This document shows, in pieces, positions 1 to 13,692 of a stretch of DNA of 64,000 nt. This DNA comes from Macrostomum hystrix (Eukaryota > Animalia > Platyhelminthes): the NCBI GenBank assembly GCA_950097015.1, contig CATNEN010000031.1:2976001-3040000 (forward strand), in the 5' to 3' direction. The translations under genes and the position numbers were made by a program. Each line of letters starts with the position of its first letter. The stretch's first letter is position 1. The notes beneath the pieces are model-generated. The model searched no databases. It had not been told where the DNA came from and was given only the letters and a program-made list of their open reading frames with translations.

Positions 1-29
1 GAGCCCCAGCTGGGCCACAAAAATCTCAC

Positions 30-2066
30 CTGATCGCAGGTGTGGCCGCCCGCACGGCAGACAGTTTCCCTAGAGACGGCGTTCAACAATACCAGCTTGT
101 CGGATGGCGCCGCCGCCTTCTCGGCGTTGCTGCAGACTCGACCGCGCGGCTTCGGCGCGTCAGAATACAGAGGCCAGCAGATCCGAGTGGAGCTGGCCAT
201 CATGGCCTGGACGCCAAGCGGATTCTGGCCCAGATTGGCCAGTATCCAGGTGGCCAAAGGCCGGCAGGCGAAGCTGCGCGACAGCTTGCTGTACCCGCTG
301 CTGGCTGCGAGGCGCGGCTGCGAGCCCAGCTCCTGCGGCGGAAAATAGGGGCGTCGAATTTATTGGTTTTTGTGATTCTACCTGACTTTGTACCTTATAC
401 TCCTGGATCCTGCCGGATTCTCTCGATTACTCCTAGATTCTCCTAGATTCTCCTAGATTCTCCTGGATTCTTCTAGATTCTCCTAGATTATCCTGGATTC
501 CCTTGGATTCTATTGGATTCTCCTAGATTCTCCTAGATTCTCTTGGATTCTCCTAGATTCTCTTGGATTCTCCTATATTCTCCTATATTCTCCTGGATTC
601 TCTTAGATTCTCCTGGATTTTCTTGATTACTCCTAGATTCTCCTAGATTCTCCTGGATTTTCTTGGATTCTCTTGGATTGTCCTGGATTCTCATGGATTC
701 TCTTGGATTGTCCTGGATTCTCTTGGATTGTCCTGGATTCTCTTGGATTGTCCTGGATTCTCCAAGATTCTCCCAGATTCTGCCTTTTACCTAAGTTACT
801 GACTGATCTACTGACATTAGCAAGCAAATATTCTGAAAGAAATGAACAATAAATATTGAAATCGCAGACCTGGACGGTGCGCACTGTACGGCCGCCATCG
901 TCGGAGCCGGCCAGCAGGAGGCGCAGAGCATCGGCGGCCTCCCTGGACAGCTGAGAATTGTCGCTGTAGGCGTCCGACTCCACTAGCAGGTCTAGCAGTT
1001 CGCGCAGATTCTCCTGCACAAATGCCATGTGAGTCTGCTCGTCCTGGCTTTTGGCAGCCGACGAGGCTGTGAGGGAGGCGGCCAAACTGCCGCCTTGGCT
1101 GAAGTCGCCGGATTCGCCCTCCGATCTGGGCCACTCGGCGCTGGTCGTCTGGTGACTGCGGCGCGGATTTTCCACGGATACGCTTGTAGCTGATTTGCTG
1201 TTTTGAAATCTCTCGCTAATCTTCCTTGCTTGTCAATCCGGACGCCTTCATCTCACTCCTCATGCCTTCATCTCACTCCTCATGCCTTTATCTCACTCCT
1301 CATGCCTTTATCTCACTCCTCATGCCTTTATCTCACTCCTCATGCCTTCATCTCACTCCTCATGCCTTCATCTCACTCCTCATGCCTTCATCTCACTCCT
1401 CATGCCTTCATCTCACTCCACATGCCTTCATCTCACTCCTCATGCCTTTATCTCACTCTTCATGCCTTCATCTCACTCCTCATGCCTTCATCTCACACCT
1501 TATGCCTTCACCTCACCTTTTATGGCTACATTTAAAAGACAAATACAAGGTATTTCTTCTCACCTACGCCTTAGATTAATGCTATTAATCTTCTGCATGT
1601 ACAGGAAGATGACAAAGGTGAACAGGTCCACGCTCTGCTGGTTGCGCACAGCCTCCTGGGCAGATCCTGGAGCCTCCTCGTGCAGCCGGCACTCTAGCTC
1701 GCTCAGCCGGTCCTGGTTAGTGCCGCAGGTCATCAGGCAGGCGTGGAACACGAGCCAGGCCACATCCGGCCCGGTGGCCAGGTGCTCCATTGCAAACAGT
1801 CGCCAGACGGGAAATGTTAGCTGGGGAAATCCGCTTGCGCCTTTGCTCCGCGCGTGCAGCACAAGCTTGCGCAGGTGCTTGGGTGTCAGCCGCTGGCAGG
1901 GGCTGACTGGGAACACGGCGAATGTCAACGGCTCGAAGCGCACCCAGAAACTAATAGAAGATTTGCCGCCGCCGGTTGCCGACAAAGTCGACGCCGCGGT
2001 GGAGCTTGAATAGGACACACCGCTGGACGAATTCCGGCTGCCACTGTACTGGAAGTTTGCCGACAT
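30..2066 (-). CDS. TBCCD1: TBCC domain-containing protein 1 (centrosome/cilium), 5' part; gene continues beyond the left edge
   Basis: Exons 2066-1564, 1197-870, 332-30 joined by GT-AG introns in consistent phase. Peptides FWVRFEP..KHLRKL, DVAWLVF, RNQQSVDLFTFVIFLYMQKIN, HMAFVQENLRELLDLL, SREAADAL and SGYSKLSRSF..LATWILANLGQNPLG match the human TBCCD1 N-terminal half as I recall it. Confidence 0.9.
421..780. repeat. 10-bp minisatellite (TCCTAGATTC and variants) in TBCCD1 intron 2
   Basis: Directly visible tandem units. Confidence 0.95.
1245..1520. repeat. 20-bp minisatellite (CATGCCTTCATCTCACTCCT) in TBCCD1 intron 1
   Basis: About 13 visible tandem units. Confidence 0.95.
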
Positions 2067-2128
2067 GCTTGGGGCTGTTCTGGCTGACTGCCGGCGGCTG
2101 CAAATTAATGCGCTTAGGTATGAGCGAT

Positions 2129-2196
2129 TGGCTGCAGTGGTCAGAGCACAACGGGGTCAGATCTCCTACCGGGAGGTCTTCAGTTCGAATCTTGGA
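2129..2196 (+). mobile_element. tRNA-like Pol III head (SINE-type A-box/B-box) directly upstream of the 35-bp satellite
   Basis: TGGCTGCAGTGG (A-box-like) and AGTTCGAATC (B-box, 2182-2191); no complete cloverleaf. Confidence 0.5.
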
Positions 2197-2329
2197 CCAC
2201 AGGAAAAAATTAGCATGCTATAATGATCCCTTCCTATGCAACTATAATTCCGCATACTTCCTTAATTCTATTAGACGGAACTTTAATCCTACTCGAAAAA
2301 TCCTCTTGTTGGAACTTTGATCCTACTTC

Positions 2330-5300
2330 AATGATCCCATTCATGTGGCTTTAATCCTACTCCAAAGATCCCTTCCATGTAGCTTTAATCCTACTCCAAA
2401 GATCCCTTCCATGTAGCTTTAATCCTACTCCAAAGATCCCTCTCCATGTAACTTTAATCCTACTCCAAAGATCCCTTTCCATGTGGCTTTAATCCTACCC
2501 CAAAGATCCCTTCCATGTAACTTTAATCCTACTCCAAAGATCCCTTTGCATGTAACTTTAATCCTACTCCAAAGATACCTTTCCATGTAACTTTAATCCT
2601 ACTCCAAAGATCCCTTTCCATGTAACTTTAATCCTACTCCAAAGATTCCTTTCCATGTAACTTTAATCCTACTCCAAAGATCGCTTTCCATGTAACTTTA
2701 ATCCTACTCCAAAGATCCCTTTCCATGTAACTTTAATCCTACTCCAAAGATCCATTCCCATGTAACTTTAATCCTACTCCAAAGATCCCTTTCCATGTAA
2801 CTTTAATCCTACTCCAAAGATCCCTTTCCATGTAACTTTAATTCTACTCCAAAGATCCCTTTCCATGTAACTTTAATCCTACTCCAAAGATTCCTTTCCA
2901 TGTAGCTATAATCCTACTCCAAAGATTCCTTTCCATGTAACTTTAATCCTACTCCAAAGATCCCTTTCCATGTAACTTTAATCCTACTCCAAAGATCCCT
3001 TTCCATGTAACTTTAATCCTACTCCAAAGATCCCTTTCCATGTAGCTTTAATCCTACTCCAAAGATCCCTTTCCATGTAACTTTAATCCTACTCCAAAGA
3101 TCCCTTTCCATGTAACTTTAATCCTACTCCAAAGATCCATTCCCATATAACTTTAATCCTACTCCAAAGATCCCTTTCCATGTAACTTTAATCCTACTCC
3201 AAAGATCCATTCCCATGTAACTTTAATCCTACTCCAAAGATCCCTTTCCATGTAACTTTAATCCTACTCCAAAGATCCCTTTCCATGTAACTTTAATCCT
3301 ACTCCAAAGATCCCTTTCCATGTAACTTTAATCCTACTCCAAAGATTCCTTTCCATGTAACTATAATCCTACTCCAAAGATCCCTTTCCATGTGGCTTTA
3401 ATCCTACCCCAAAGATCCCTTCCATGTAACTTTAATCCTACTCCAAAGATCCCTTTGCATGTAACTTTAATCCTACTCCAAAGATCCCTTTTCATGTAAC
3501 TTTAATCCTACTCCAAAGATCCCTTTCCATGTAACTTTAATCCTACTCCAAAGATCCCTTTCATGTGGCTTTAATCCTACTCCAAAGATCCCTTTCCATG
3601 TAACTTTAATCCTACTCCAAAGATCCCTTTCCATGTGGCTTTAATCCTACTCCAAAGATCCCTTTGCATGTAACTTTAATCCTACTCCAAAGATCCCTTT
3701 CCATGTAACTTTAATCCTACTCCAAAGATCCCTTTCCATGTAACTTTAATCCTACTCCAAAGATCCATTCCCATGTAACTTTAATCCTACTCCAAAGATC
3801 CCTTTCCATGTAACTTTAATCCTACTCCAAAGATTCCTTTCCATGTAACTTTAATCCTACTCCAAAGATTCCTTTCCATGTAACTTTAATCCTACTCCAA
3901 AGATCCCTTTCCATGTAACTTTAATCCTACTCCAAAGATCCCTTTCCATGTAACTTTAATCCTACTCCAAAGATCCATTCCCATGTAACTTTAATCCTAC
4001 TCCAAAGATCCCTTTCCATGTAACTTTAATCCTACTCCAAAGATACCTTTCCATGTAACTTTAATCCTACTCCAAAGATTCCTTTCCATGTAACTTTAAT
4101 CCTACTCCAAAGATTCCTTTCCATGTAACTTTAATCCTACTCCAAAGATCCCTTTCCATGTAACTTTAATCCTACTCCAAAGATCCCTTTCCATGTAACT
4201 TTAATCCTACTCCAAAGATCCATTCCCATGTAACTTTAATCCTACTCTAAAGATCCCTTTCCATGTAACTTTAATCCTACTCCAAAGATCCCTTTCCATG
4301 TAACTTTAATCCTACTCCAAAGATTCCTTTCCATGTAACTTTAATCCTACTCCAAAGATCCCTTTCCATGTAACTTTAATCCTACTCCAAAGATCCCTTT
4401 CCATGTAACTTTAATCCTACTCCAAAGATCCCTTTCCATGTAACTTTAATCCTACTCCAAAGATCCCTTTCCATGTAACTTTAATCCTACTCCAAAGATC
4501 CCTTTCCATGTAGCTTTAATCCTACTCCAAAGATCCCTTTCCATGTAACTTTAATCCTACTCCAAAGATCCCTTTCCATGTAACTTTAATCCTACTCCAA
4601 AGATCCATTCCCATATAACTTTAATCCTACTCCAAAGATCCCTTTCCATGTAACTTTAATCCTACTCCAAAGATCCATTCCCATGTAACTTTAATCCTAC
4701 TCCAAAGATCCCTTTCCATGTAACTTTAATCCTACTCCAAAGATCCCTTTCCATGTAACTTTAATCCTACTCCAAAGATCCCTTTCCATGTAACTTTAAT
4801 CCTACTCCAAAGATTCCTTTCCATGTAACTATAATCCTACTCCAAAGATTCCTTTCCATGTAACTTTAATCCTACTCCAAAGATCCATTCCCATGTAACT
4901 TTAATCCTACTCCAAAGATCCCTTTCCATGTAACTTTAATCCTACTCCAAAGATACCTTTCCATGTAACTTTAATCCTACTCCAAAGATCCCTTTCCATG
5001 TAACTTTAATCCTACTCCAAAGATTCCTTTCCATGTAACTTTAATCCTACTCCAAAGATCGCTTTCCATGTAACTTTAATCCTACTCCAAAGATCCCTTT
5101 CCATGTAACTTTAATCCTACTCCAAAGATCCATTCCCATGTAACTTTAATCCTACTCCAAAGATCCCTTTCCATGTAACTTTAATCCTACTCCAAAGATC
5201 CCTTTCCATGTAACTTTAATCCTACTCCAAAGATTCCTTTCCATGTAACTTTAATCCTACTCGAAAGATCCCTTTCCATGTAACTTTAATCCTACTCCAA

Positions 5301-8300
5301 AGATCCCTTTCCATGTAACTTTAATCCTACTCCAAAGATCCCTTTCCATGTAACTTTAATCCTACTCCAAAGATCCCTTTCCATGTAACTTTAATCCTAC
5401 TCCAAAGATCCCTTTCCATGTAGCTTTAATCCTACTCCAAAGATCCCTTTCCATGTAACTTTAATCCTACTCCAAAGATCCCTTTCCATGTAACTTTAAT
5501 CCTACTCCAAAGATCCATTCCCATGTAACTTTAATCCTACTTCAAAGATCCATTTCCATGTAACTTTAATCCTACTCCAAAGATCCCTTTTCATGTAACT
5601 TTAATCCTACTCCAAAGATCCCTTTCCATGTAACTTTAATCCTACTCCAAAGATCCATTCCCATGTAACTTTAATCCTACTCCAAAGATCCCTTTCCATG
5701 TAACTTTAATCCTACTCCAAAGATCCCTTTCCATGTAACTTTAATCCTACTCCAAAGATCCATTCCCATGTAACTTTAATCCTACTCCAAAGATCCCTTT
5801 CCATGTAACTTTAATCCTACTCCAAAGATCCCTTTCCATGTAACTTTAATCCTACTCCAAAGATCCCTTTCCATGTAACTTTAATCCTACTCCAAAGATC
5901 CATTCCCATGTAACTTTAATCCTACTCCAAAGATCCCTTTCCATGTAACTTTAATCCTACTCCAAAGATCCCTTTCCATGTAACTTTAATCCTACTCCAA
6001 AGATCCATTCCCATGTAACTTTAATCCTACTCTAAAGATCCCTTTCCATGTAACTTTAATCCTACTCCAAAGATCCCTTTCCATGTAACTTTAATCCTAC
6101 TCCAAAGATCCCTTTCCATGTAACTTTAATCCTACTTCATAGATCCCTTTCCATGTAACTTTAATCCTACTTCATAGATCCCTTTCCATGTAACTTTAAT
6201 CCTACTTCATAGATCCCTTTCCATGTAACTTTAATCCTACTCCAAAGATCCCTTTCCATGTAACTTTAATTCTACTCCAAAGATCCCTTTTCATGAAACT
6301 TTAATCCTACTCCAAAGATTCCTTTCCATGTAACTTTAATCCTACTCCAAAGATCCCTTTCCATGTAACTTTAATTCTACTCCAAAGATCCCTTTCCATG
6401 TAACTTTAATCCTACTCCAAAGATCCCTTTCCATGTAACTTTAATCCTACTCCAAAGATCCCTTTCCATGTAACTTTAATCCTACTCCAAAGATTCCTTT
6501 CCATGTAACTATAATCCTACTCCAAAGATTCCTTTCCATGTAACTTTAATCCTACTCCAAAGATCCATTCCCATGTAACTTTAATCCTACTCCAAAGATC
6601 CCTTTCCATGTAACTTTAATCCTACTCCAAAGATACCTTTCCATGTAACTTTAATCCTACTCCAAAGATCCCTTTCCATGTAACTTTAATCCTACTCCAA
6701 AGATTCCTTTCCATGTAACTTTAATCCTACTCCAAAGATCGCTTTCCATGTAACTTTAATCCTACTCCAAAGATCCCTTTCCATGTAACTTTAATCCTAC
6801 TCCAAAGATCCATTCCCATGTAACTTTAATCCTACTCCAAAGATCCCTTTCCATGTAACTTTAATCCTACTCCAAAGATCCCTTTCCATGTAACTTTAAT
6901 CCTACTCCAAAGATTCCTTTCCATGTAACTTTAATCCTACTCGAAAGATCCCTTTCCATGTAACTTTAATCCTACTCCAAAGATCCCTTTCCATGTAACT
7001 TTAATCCTACTCCAAAGATCCCTTTCCATGTAACTTTAATCCTACTCCAAAGATCCCTTTCCATGTAACTTTAATCCTACTCCAAAGATCCCTTTCCATG
7101 TAGCTTTAATCCTACTCCAAAGATCCCTTTCCATGTAACTTTAATCCTACTCCAAAGATCCCTTTCCATGTAACTTTAATCCTACTCCAAAGATCCATTC
7201 CCATGTAACTTTAATCCTACTTCAAAGATCCATTTCCATGTAACTTTAATCCTACTCCAAAGATCCCTTTTCATGTAACTTTAATCCTACTCCAAAGATC
7301 CCTTTCCATGTAACTTTAATCCTACTCCAAAGATCCATTCCCATGTAACTTTAATCCTACTCCAAAGATCCCTTTCCATGTAACTTTAATCCTACTCCAA
7401 AGATCCCTTTCCATGTAACTTTAATCCTACTCCAAAGATCCATTCCCATGTAACTTTAATCCTACTCCAAAGATCCCTTTCCATGTAACTTTAATCCTAC
7501 TCCAAAGATCCCTTTCCATGTAACTTTAATCCTACTCCAAAGATCCCTTTCCATGTAACTTTAATCCTACTCCAAAGATCCATTCCCATGTAACTTTAAT
7601 CCTACTCCAAAGATCCCTTTCCATGTAACTTTAATCCTACTCCAAAGATCCCTTTCCATGTAACTTTAATCCTACTCCAAAGATCCATTCCCATGTAGCT
7701 TTAATCCTACTCCAAAGATCCCTTTCCATGTAACTTTAATCCTACTCCAAAGATCCCTTTCCATGTAACTTTAATCCTACTCCAAAGATCCATTCCCATG
7801 TAACTTTAATCCTACTTCAAAGATCCATTTCCATGTAACTTTAATCCTACTCCAAAGATCCCTTTTCATGTAACTTTAATCCTACTCCAAAGATCCCTTT
7901 CCATGTAACTTTAATCCTACTCCAAAGATCCATTCCCATGTAACTTTAATCCTACTCCAAAGATCCCTTTCCATGTAACTTTAATCCTACTCCAAAGATC
8001 CCTTTCCATGTAACTTTAATCCTACTCCAAAGATCCATTCCCATGTAACTTTAATCCTACTCCAAAGATCCCTTTCCATGTAACTTTAATCCTACTCCAA
8101 AGATCCCTTTCCATGTAACTTTAATCCTACTCCAAAGATCCCTTTCCATGTAACTTTAATCCTACTCCAAAGATCCATTCCCATGTAACTTTAATCCTAC
8201 TCCAAAGATCCCTTTCCATGTAACTTTAATCCTACTCCAAAGATCCCTTTCCATGTAACTTTAATCCTACTCCAAAGATCCATTCCCATGTAACTTTAAT

Positions 8301-11300
8301 CCTACTCTAAAGATCCCTTTCCATGTAACTTTAATCCTACTCCAAAGATCCCTTTCCATGTAACTTTAATCCTACTCCAAAGATCCCTTTCCATGTAACT
8401 TTAATCCTACTTCATAGATCCCTTTCCATGTAACTTTAATCCTACTTCATAGATCCCTTTCCATGTAACTTTAATCCTACTTCATAGATCCCTTTCCATG
8501 TAACTTTAATCCTACTCCAAAGATCCCTTTCCATGTAACTTTAATTCTACTCCAAAGATCCCTTTTCATGAAACTTTAATCCTACTCCAAAGATTCCTTT
8601 CCATGTAACTTTAATCCTACTCCAAAGATCCCTTTCCATGTAACTTTAATTCTACTCCAAAGATCCCTTTCCATGTAACTTTAATCCTACTCCAAAGATC
8701 CCTTTCCATGTAACTTTAATCCTACTCCAAAGATCCCTTTCCATGTAACTTTAATCCTACTCCAAAGATTCCTTTCCATGTAACTATAATCCTACTCCAA
8801 AGATTCCTTTCCATGTAACTTTAATCCTACTCCAAAGATCCATTCCCATGTAACTTTAATCCTACTCCAAAGATCCCTTTCCATGTAACTTTAATCCTAC
8901 TCCAAAGATACCTTTCCATGTAACTTTAATCCTACTCCAAAGATCCCTTTCCATGTAACTTTAATCCTACTCCAAAGATTCCTTTCCATGTAACTTTAAT
9001 CCTACTCCAAAGATCGCTTTCCATGTAACTTTAATCCTACTCCAAAGATCCCTTTCCATGTAACTTTAATCCTACTCCAAAGATCCATTCCCATGTAACT
9101 TTAATCCTACTCCAAAGATCCCTTTCCATGTAACTTTAATCCTACTCCAAAGATCCCTTTCCATGTAACTTTAATCCTACTCCAAAGATTCCTTTCCATG
9201 TAACTTTAATCCTACTCGAAAGATCCCTTTCCATGTAACTTTAATCCTACTCCAAAGATCCCTTTCCATGTAACTTTAATCCTACTCCAAAGATCCCTTT
9301 CCATGTAACTTTAATCCTACTCCAAAGATCCCTTTCCATGTAACTTTAATCCTACTCCAAAGATCCCTTTCCATGTAGCTTTAATCCTACTCCAAAGATC
9401 CCTTTCCATGTAACTTTAATCCTACTCCAAAGATCCCTTTCCATGTAACTTTAATCCTACTCCAAAGATCCATTCCCATGTAACTTTAATCCTACTTCAA
9501 AGATCCATTTCCATGTAACTTTAATCCTACTCCAAAGATCCCTTTTCATGTAACTTTAATCCTACTCCAAAGATCCCTTTCCATGTAACTTTAATCCTAC
9601 TCCAAAGATCCATTCCCATGTAACTTTAATCCTACTCCAAAGATCCCTTTCCATGTAACTTTAATCCTACTCCAAAGATCCCTTTCCATGTAACTTTAAT
9701 CCTACTCCAAAGATCCATTCCCATGTAACTTTAATCCTACTCCAAAGATCCCTTTCCATGTAACTTTAATCCTACTCCAAAGATCCCTTTCCATGTAACT
9801 TTAATCCTACTCCAAAGATCCCTTTCCATGTAACTTTAATCCTACTCCAAAGATCCATTCCCATGTAACTTTAATCCTACTCCAAAGATCCCTTTCCATG
9901 TAACTTTAATCCTACTCCAAAGATCCCTTTCCATGTAACTTTAATCCTACTCCAAAGATCCATTCCCATGTAACTTTAATCCTACTCCAAAGATCCATTC
10001 CCATGTAACTTTAATCCTACTTCAAAGATCCATTTCCATGTAACTTTAATCCTACTCCAAAGATCCCTTTCCATGTAACTTTAATCCTACTCCAAAGATC
10101 CCTTTCCATGTAACTTTAATCCTACTCCAAAGATCCATTCCCATGTAACTTTAATCCTACTCCAAAGATCCCATTCCATGTAACTTTAATCCTACTCCAA
10201 AGATCCCTTTCCATGTAACTTTAATCCTACTCCAAAGATTCCTTTCCATGTAACTTTAATTCTACTCCAAAGATCCCTTTCCATGTAACTTTAATCCTAC
10301 TCCAAAGATCCCTTTCCATGTAACTTTAATCCTACTCCAAAGATCCCTTTTCATGAAACTTTAATCCTACTTCAAAGATCCCTTTCCATGTAACTTTAAT
10401 CCTACTCCAAAGATCCCTTTCCATGTAACTTTAATCCTACTCCAAAGATTCCTTTCCATGTAACTTTAATTCTACTCCAAAGATCCCTTTCCATGTAACT
10501 TTAATCCTACTCCAAAGATTCCTTTCCATGTAACTTTAATTCTACTCCAAAGATCCCTTTCCATGTAACTTTAATCCTACTCCAAAGATTCCTTTCCATG
10601 TAACTTTAATCCTACTCCAAAGATCCCTTTCCATGTAACTTTAATCCTACTCCAAAGATTCCTTTCCATGTAACTTTAATTCTACTCCAAAGATCCCTTT
10701 TCATGAAACTTTAATCCTACTCCAAAGATTCCTTTCCATGTAACTTTAATCCTACTCCAAAGATCCCTTTCCATGTAACTTTAATCCTACTCCAAAGATT
10801 CCTTTCCATGTAACTTTAATCCTACTTCAAAGATTCCTTTCCATGTAACTTTAATCCTACTCCAAAGATCCCTTTCCATGTAACTTTAATTCTACTCCAA
10901 AGATCCCTTTTCATGAAACTTTAATCCTACTCCAAAGATTCCTTTCCATGTAACTTTAATCCTACTCCAAAGATCCCTTTCCATGTAACTTTAATTCTAC
11001 TCCAAAGATCCCTTTCCATGTAACTTTAATCCTACTCCAAAGATCCCTTTCCATGTAACTTTAATCCTACTCCAAAGATCCCTTTCCATGTAACTTTAAT
11101 CCTACTCCAAAGATTCCTTTCCATGTAACTTTAATCCTACTCCAAAGATCCCTTTCCATGTAACTTTAATCCTACTCCAAAGATCCCTTTTCATGAAACT
11201 TTAATCCTACTCCAAAGATCCCTTTCCATGTAACTTTAATCCTACTCGAAAGATCCCTTTCCATGTAACTTTAATTCTACTCCAAAGATTCCTTTCCATG

Positions 11301-11624
11301 TAACTTTAATTCTACTCCAAAGATCCCTTTCCATGTAACTTTAATTCTACTCCAAAGATCCCTTTCCATGTAACTTTAATCCTACTTCAAAGATCCCTTT
11401 CCATGTAACTTTAATCCTACTCGAAAGATCCCTTTCCATGTAACTTTAATTCTACTCCAAAGATTCCTTTCCATGTAACTTTAATTCTACTCCAAAGATC
11501 CCTTTCCATGTAACTTTAATTCTACTCCAAAGATCCCTTTCCATGTAACTTTAATCCTACTTCAAAGATCCCTTTCCATGTAACTTTAATCCTACTCCAA
11601 AGATCCCTTTTCATGAAACTTTAA
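2330..11624 (+). repeat. 35-bp satellite array, about 265 copies, with higher-order repeats
   Basis: Unit TTTAATCCTACTCCAAAGATCCCTTTCCATGTAAC; diagnostic variants recur at 1680-bp and 2275-bp spacing; degenerate units at 2220-2330. Confidence 0.98.
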
Positions 11625-12995
11625 TCCCAACACACAGGCCTCCTATGTGATGAAACCTTTCCTTATCAGTGGGCTCCTAACCAGTTCTGAAGTGCCAAAT
11701 CGACAGATAAGTTTTCCTGATCCTAATAAGCAAAAGAAATGAAATATAAAAATGCAGGAAATTCCATCGCTAAGCGAAAAAAAGACTCACCAAACAATCT
11801 GAATTGTCGCACTAAAAATCTGATAAAGCATTAAAAGTACACAATCAACTGTCAAGAGAACATACTTCTTTATCTGGCAATAATTTAATAATTAAACTAA
11901 ACTTAAAAGTTAGCATTACTAGTAAAGCAAAGTTGATAATGCATCACAGAAGGACAAGAATAAAATATCTGCAAGCATATAAGCAAAGCGCACAGAAGAC
12001 AAGACAGTGAAATCAGATTAGAAAGATTTAGTGTGCCGGACCAGACTTGATTAATGCGCTAGTTGAAAACCATATAGAATATGAATAATGCTACATTGCG
12101 TGCTGGCAATTGCGAGTTAAAATACGGAAATAACGCAATTTGATATACCGAACATTAATTGTAGCCAAACGAAGCCTATGTCTGAAACATTATGGAGGAA
12201 GACGTCTGTAATTGGAAGAAATAGATAAATAGATGAATAGGTTTTACTTCGTAACTATGGAAGAAGTGCATAGAGACTAGCTTCACAAACTGTCGAACAG
12301 TTAAACATAGGTAACTATGAAAATAAATCATGCTCACATGCTCACACCGAACGGAATCACCTAGAAGGTGCCCTGTAAAAAATTCGGCTGCTTCTTCGGC
12401 GGTTTTTTTTGCAAAATAGGAGTGGAATCTACCGAAATTCCCCCTATCTCGCAAGAGTTAAAGAAACCACCCAGGAAGCAGCCGATGTGATCGTAAAGTG
12501 TGCGGAAACCGCCGAAAAATCACCCGAACCAGTGGCCCATGAGACAACCAGAGAATTCTTTACGGTCGATTCCTCGGCGGTTTCTGAGCATGGAATCTCA
12601 CGAATTGGATGATTCTTTGGGTGATTCCATTTCGCCACCAAGAAGTACCGAGAAACCGTCCAGTTGGGTAGATTCCAAGCATGGAATAATCCCATTGGTC
12701 AGTTTCCAGCGTTCGGCTGTTTCTTTTTCTGGAAACACCGCAGATTCCAACTGGAATCACCCAAAGAAACATCATAATTTTTTAGCGGGTGTAGCGAATT
12801 ACCTCCAACGAATTGGGGAATGAGAAGAAACAAATGGGATAATATAAGGATGGGAAGTGGGCCTATAATCAAATAGATATAGGAATGAGATATAGGGATG
12901 GGGGAATGTGGAGAGCTGTTAACAGTAGGACTAAACCAAGCCATTTTGCCACCGTTTTTATCCCAAGGGGAATTTCCTCCCCCTGACAATTTTTG

Positions 12996-13629
12996 TGCTG
13001 CACCCGAACGGAGCATCGCAAGCACACGAAACTCAAGAACACGGGCCAATTTTTTGTTGCGCATCTTCTGGAACCAGAATCAAGTCGCCAGCCCTTCTGA
13101 CTGTCGAGGTTTTCAACGGTTCTGGCCGAAGGTCCAATTTTTCCCATAAGCGCTAGTGTATTTCATACACCCCAATACACGAATTAGCACTGTGCCTCAG
13201 TGCGGCCTTGCCAGGCTTTCAAACATTATCAGAATGTCACTCGAATGTGCCTGCATCATCTCCGGCTTCGGTGTTCAGCCACTTTTATCCATACGGAGCT
13301 GCTGGATCTTCAACAAGTGGACACACTGGTCCAAATTCCTCCTATTTCGCTGATCAAGCCTCAAAAAGGGACAAAGCTCAACCACAGGACCCTCGCCGTG
13401 TCTGTCAACGAGTCAGTCGCCACCCCCACGCTGTCAGCACCGTCATCAGGGTGCCTCAAGCTGGCTATGGAGTCCCTAAAGCGAATTTTTCTACTTTCGC
13501 TGATCAAGCCTCGATAAGCTCAACTAATATTTTTTTAAACAAGACTTGATTCTTGTTTCAGAAGATGCGCAACAAAATGATTGTGTTCTTGAGTTTCGTG
13601 TGCTCGCGTTGCTCCGTTCGGGTGCAGCA
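12996..13629. repeat. About 90-bp inverted repeat pair (12996-13086 / 13543-13629) enclosing a 456-bp segment
   Basis: TGCTGCACCCGAACGGAGCA..GAATCAAGTC is matched by its reverse complement with few mismatches. Confidence 0.9.
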
Positions 13630-13692
13630 TATATGGTTATCAGGGGGGCCTTCGGTAGTTCAACTGTTAAGAGGGCCAGTTGTATGCTCAGT

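Noticed and set aside
1203-1579. SHSSCLHLTPHAFISLLMP repeat ORFs
   Set aside because: They are a 20-bp minisatellite in TBCCD1 intron 1.
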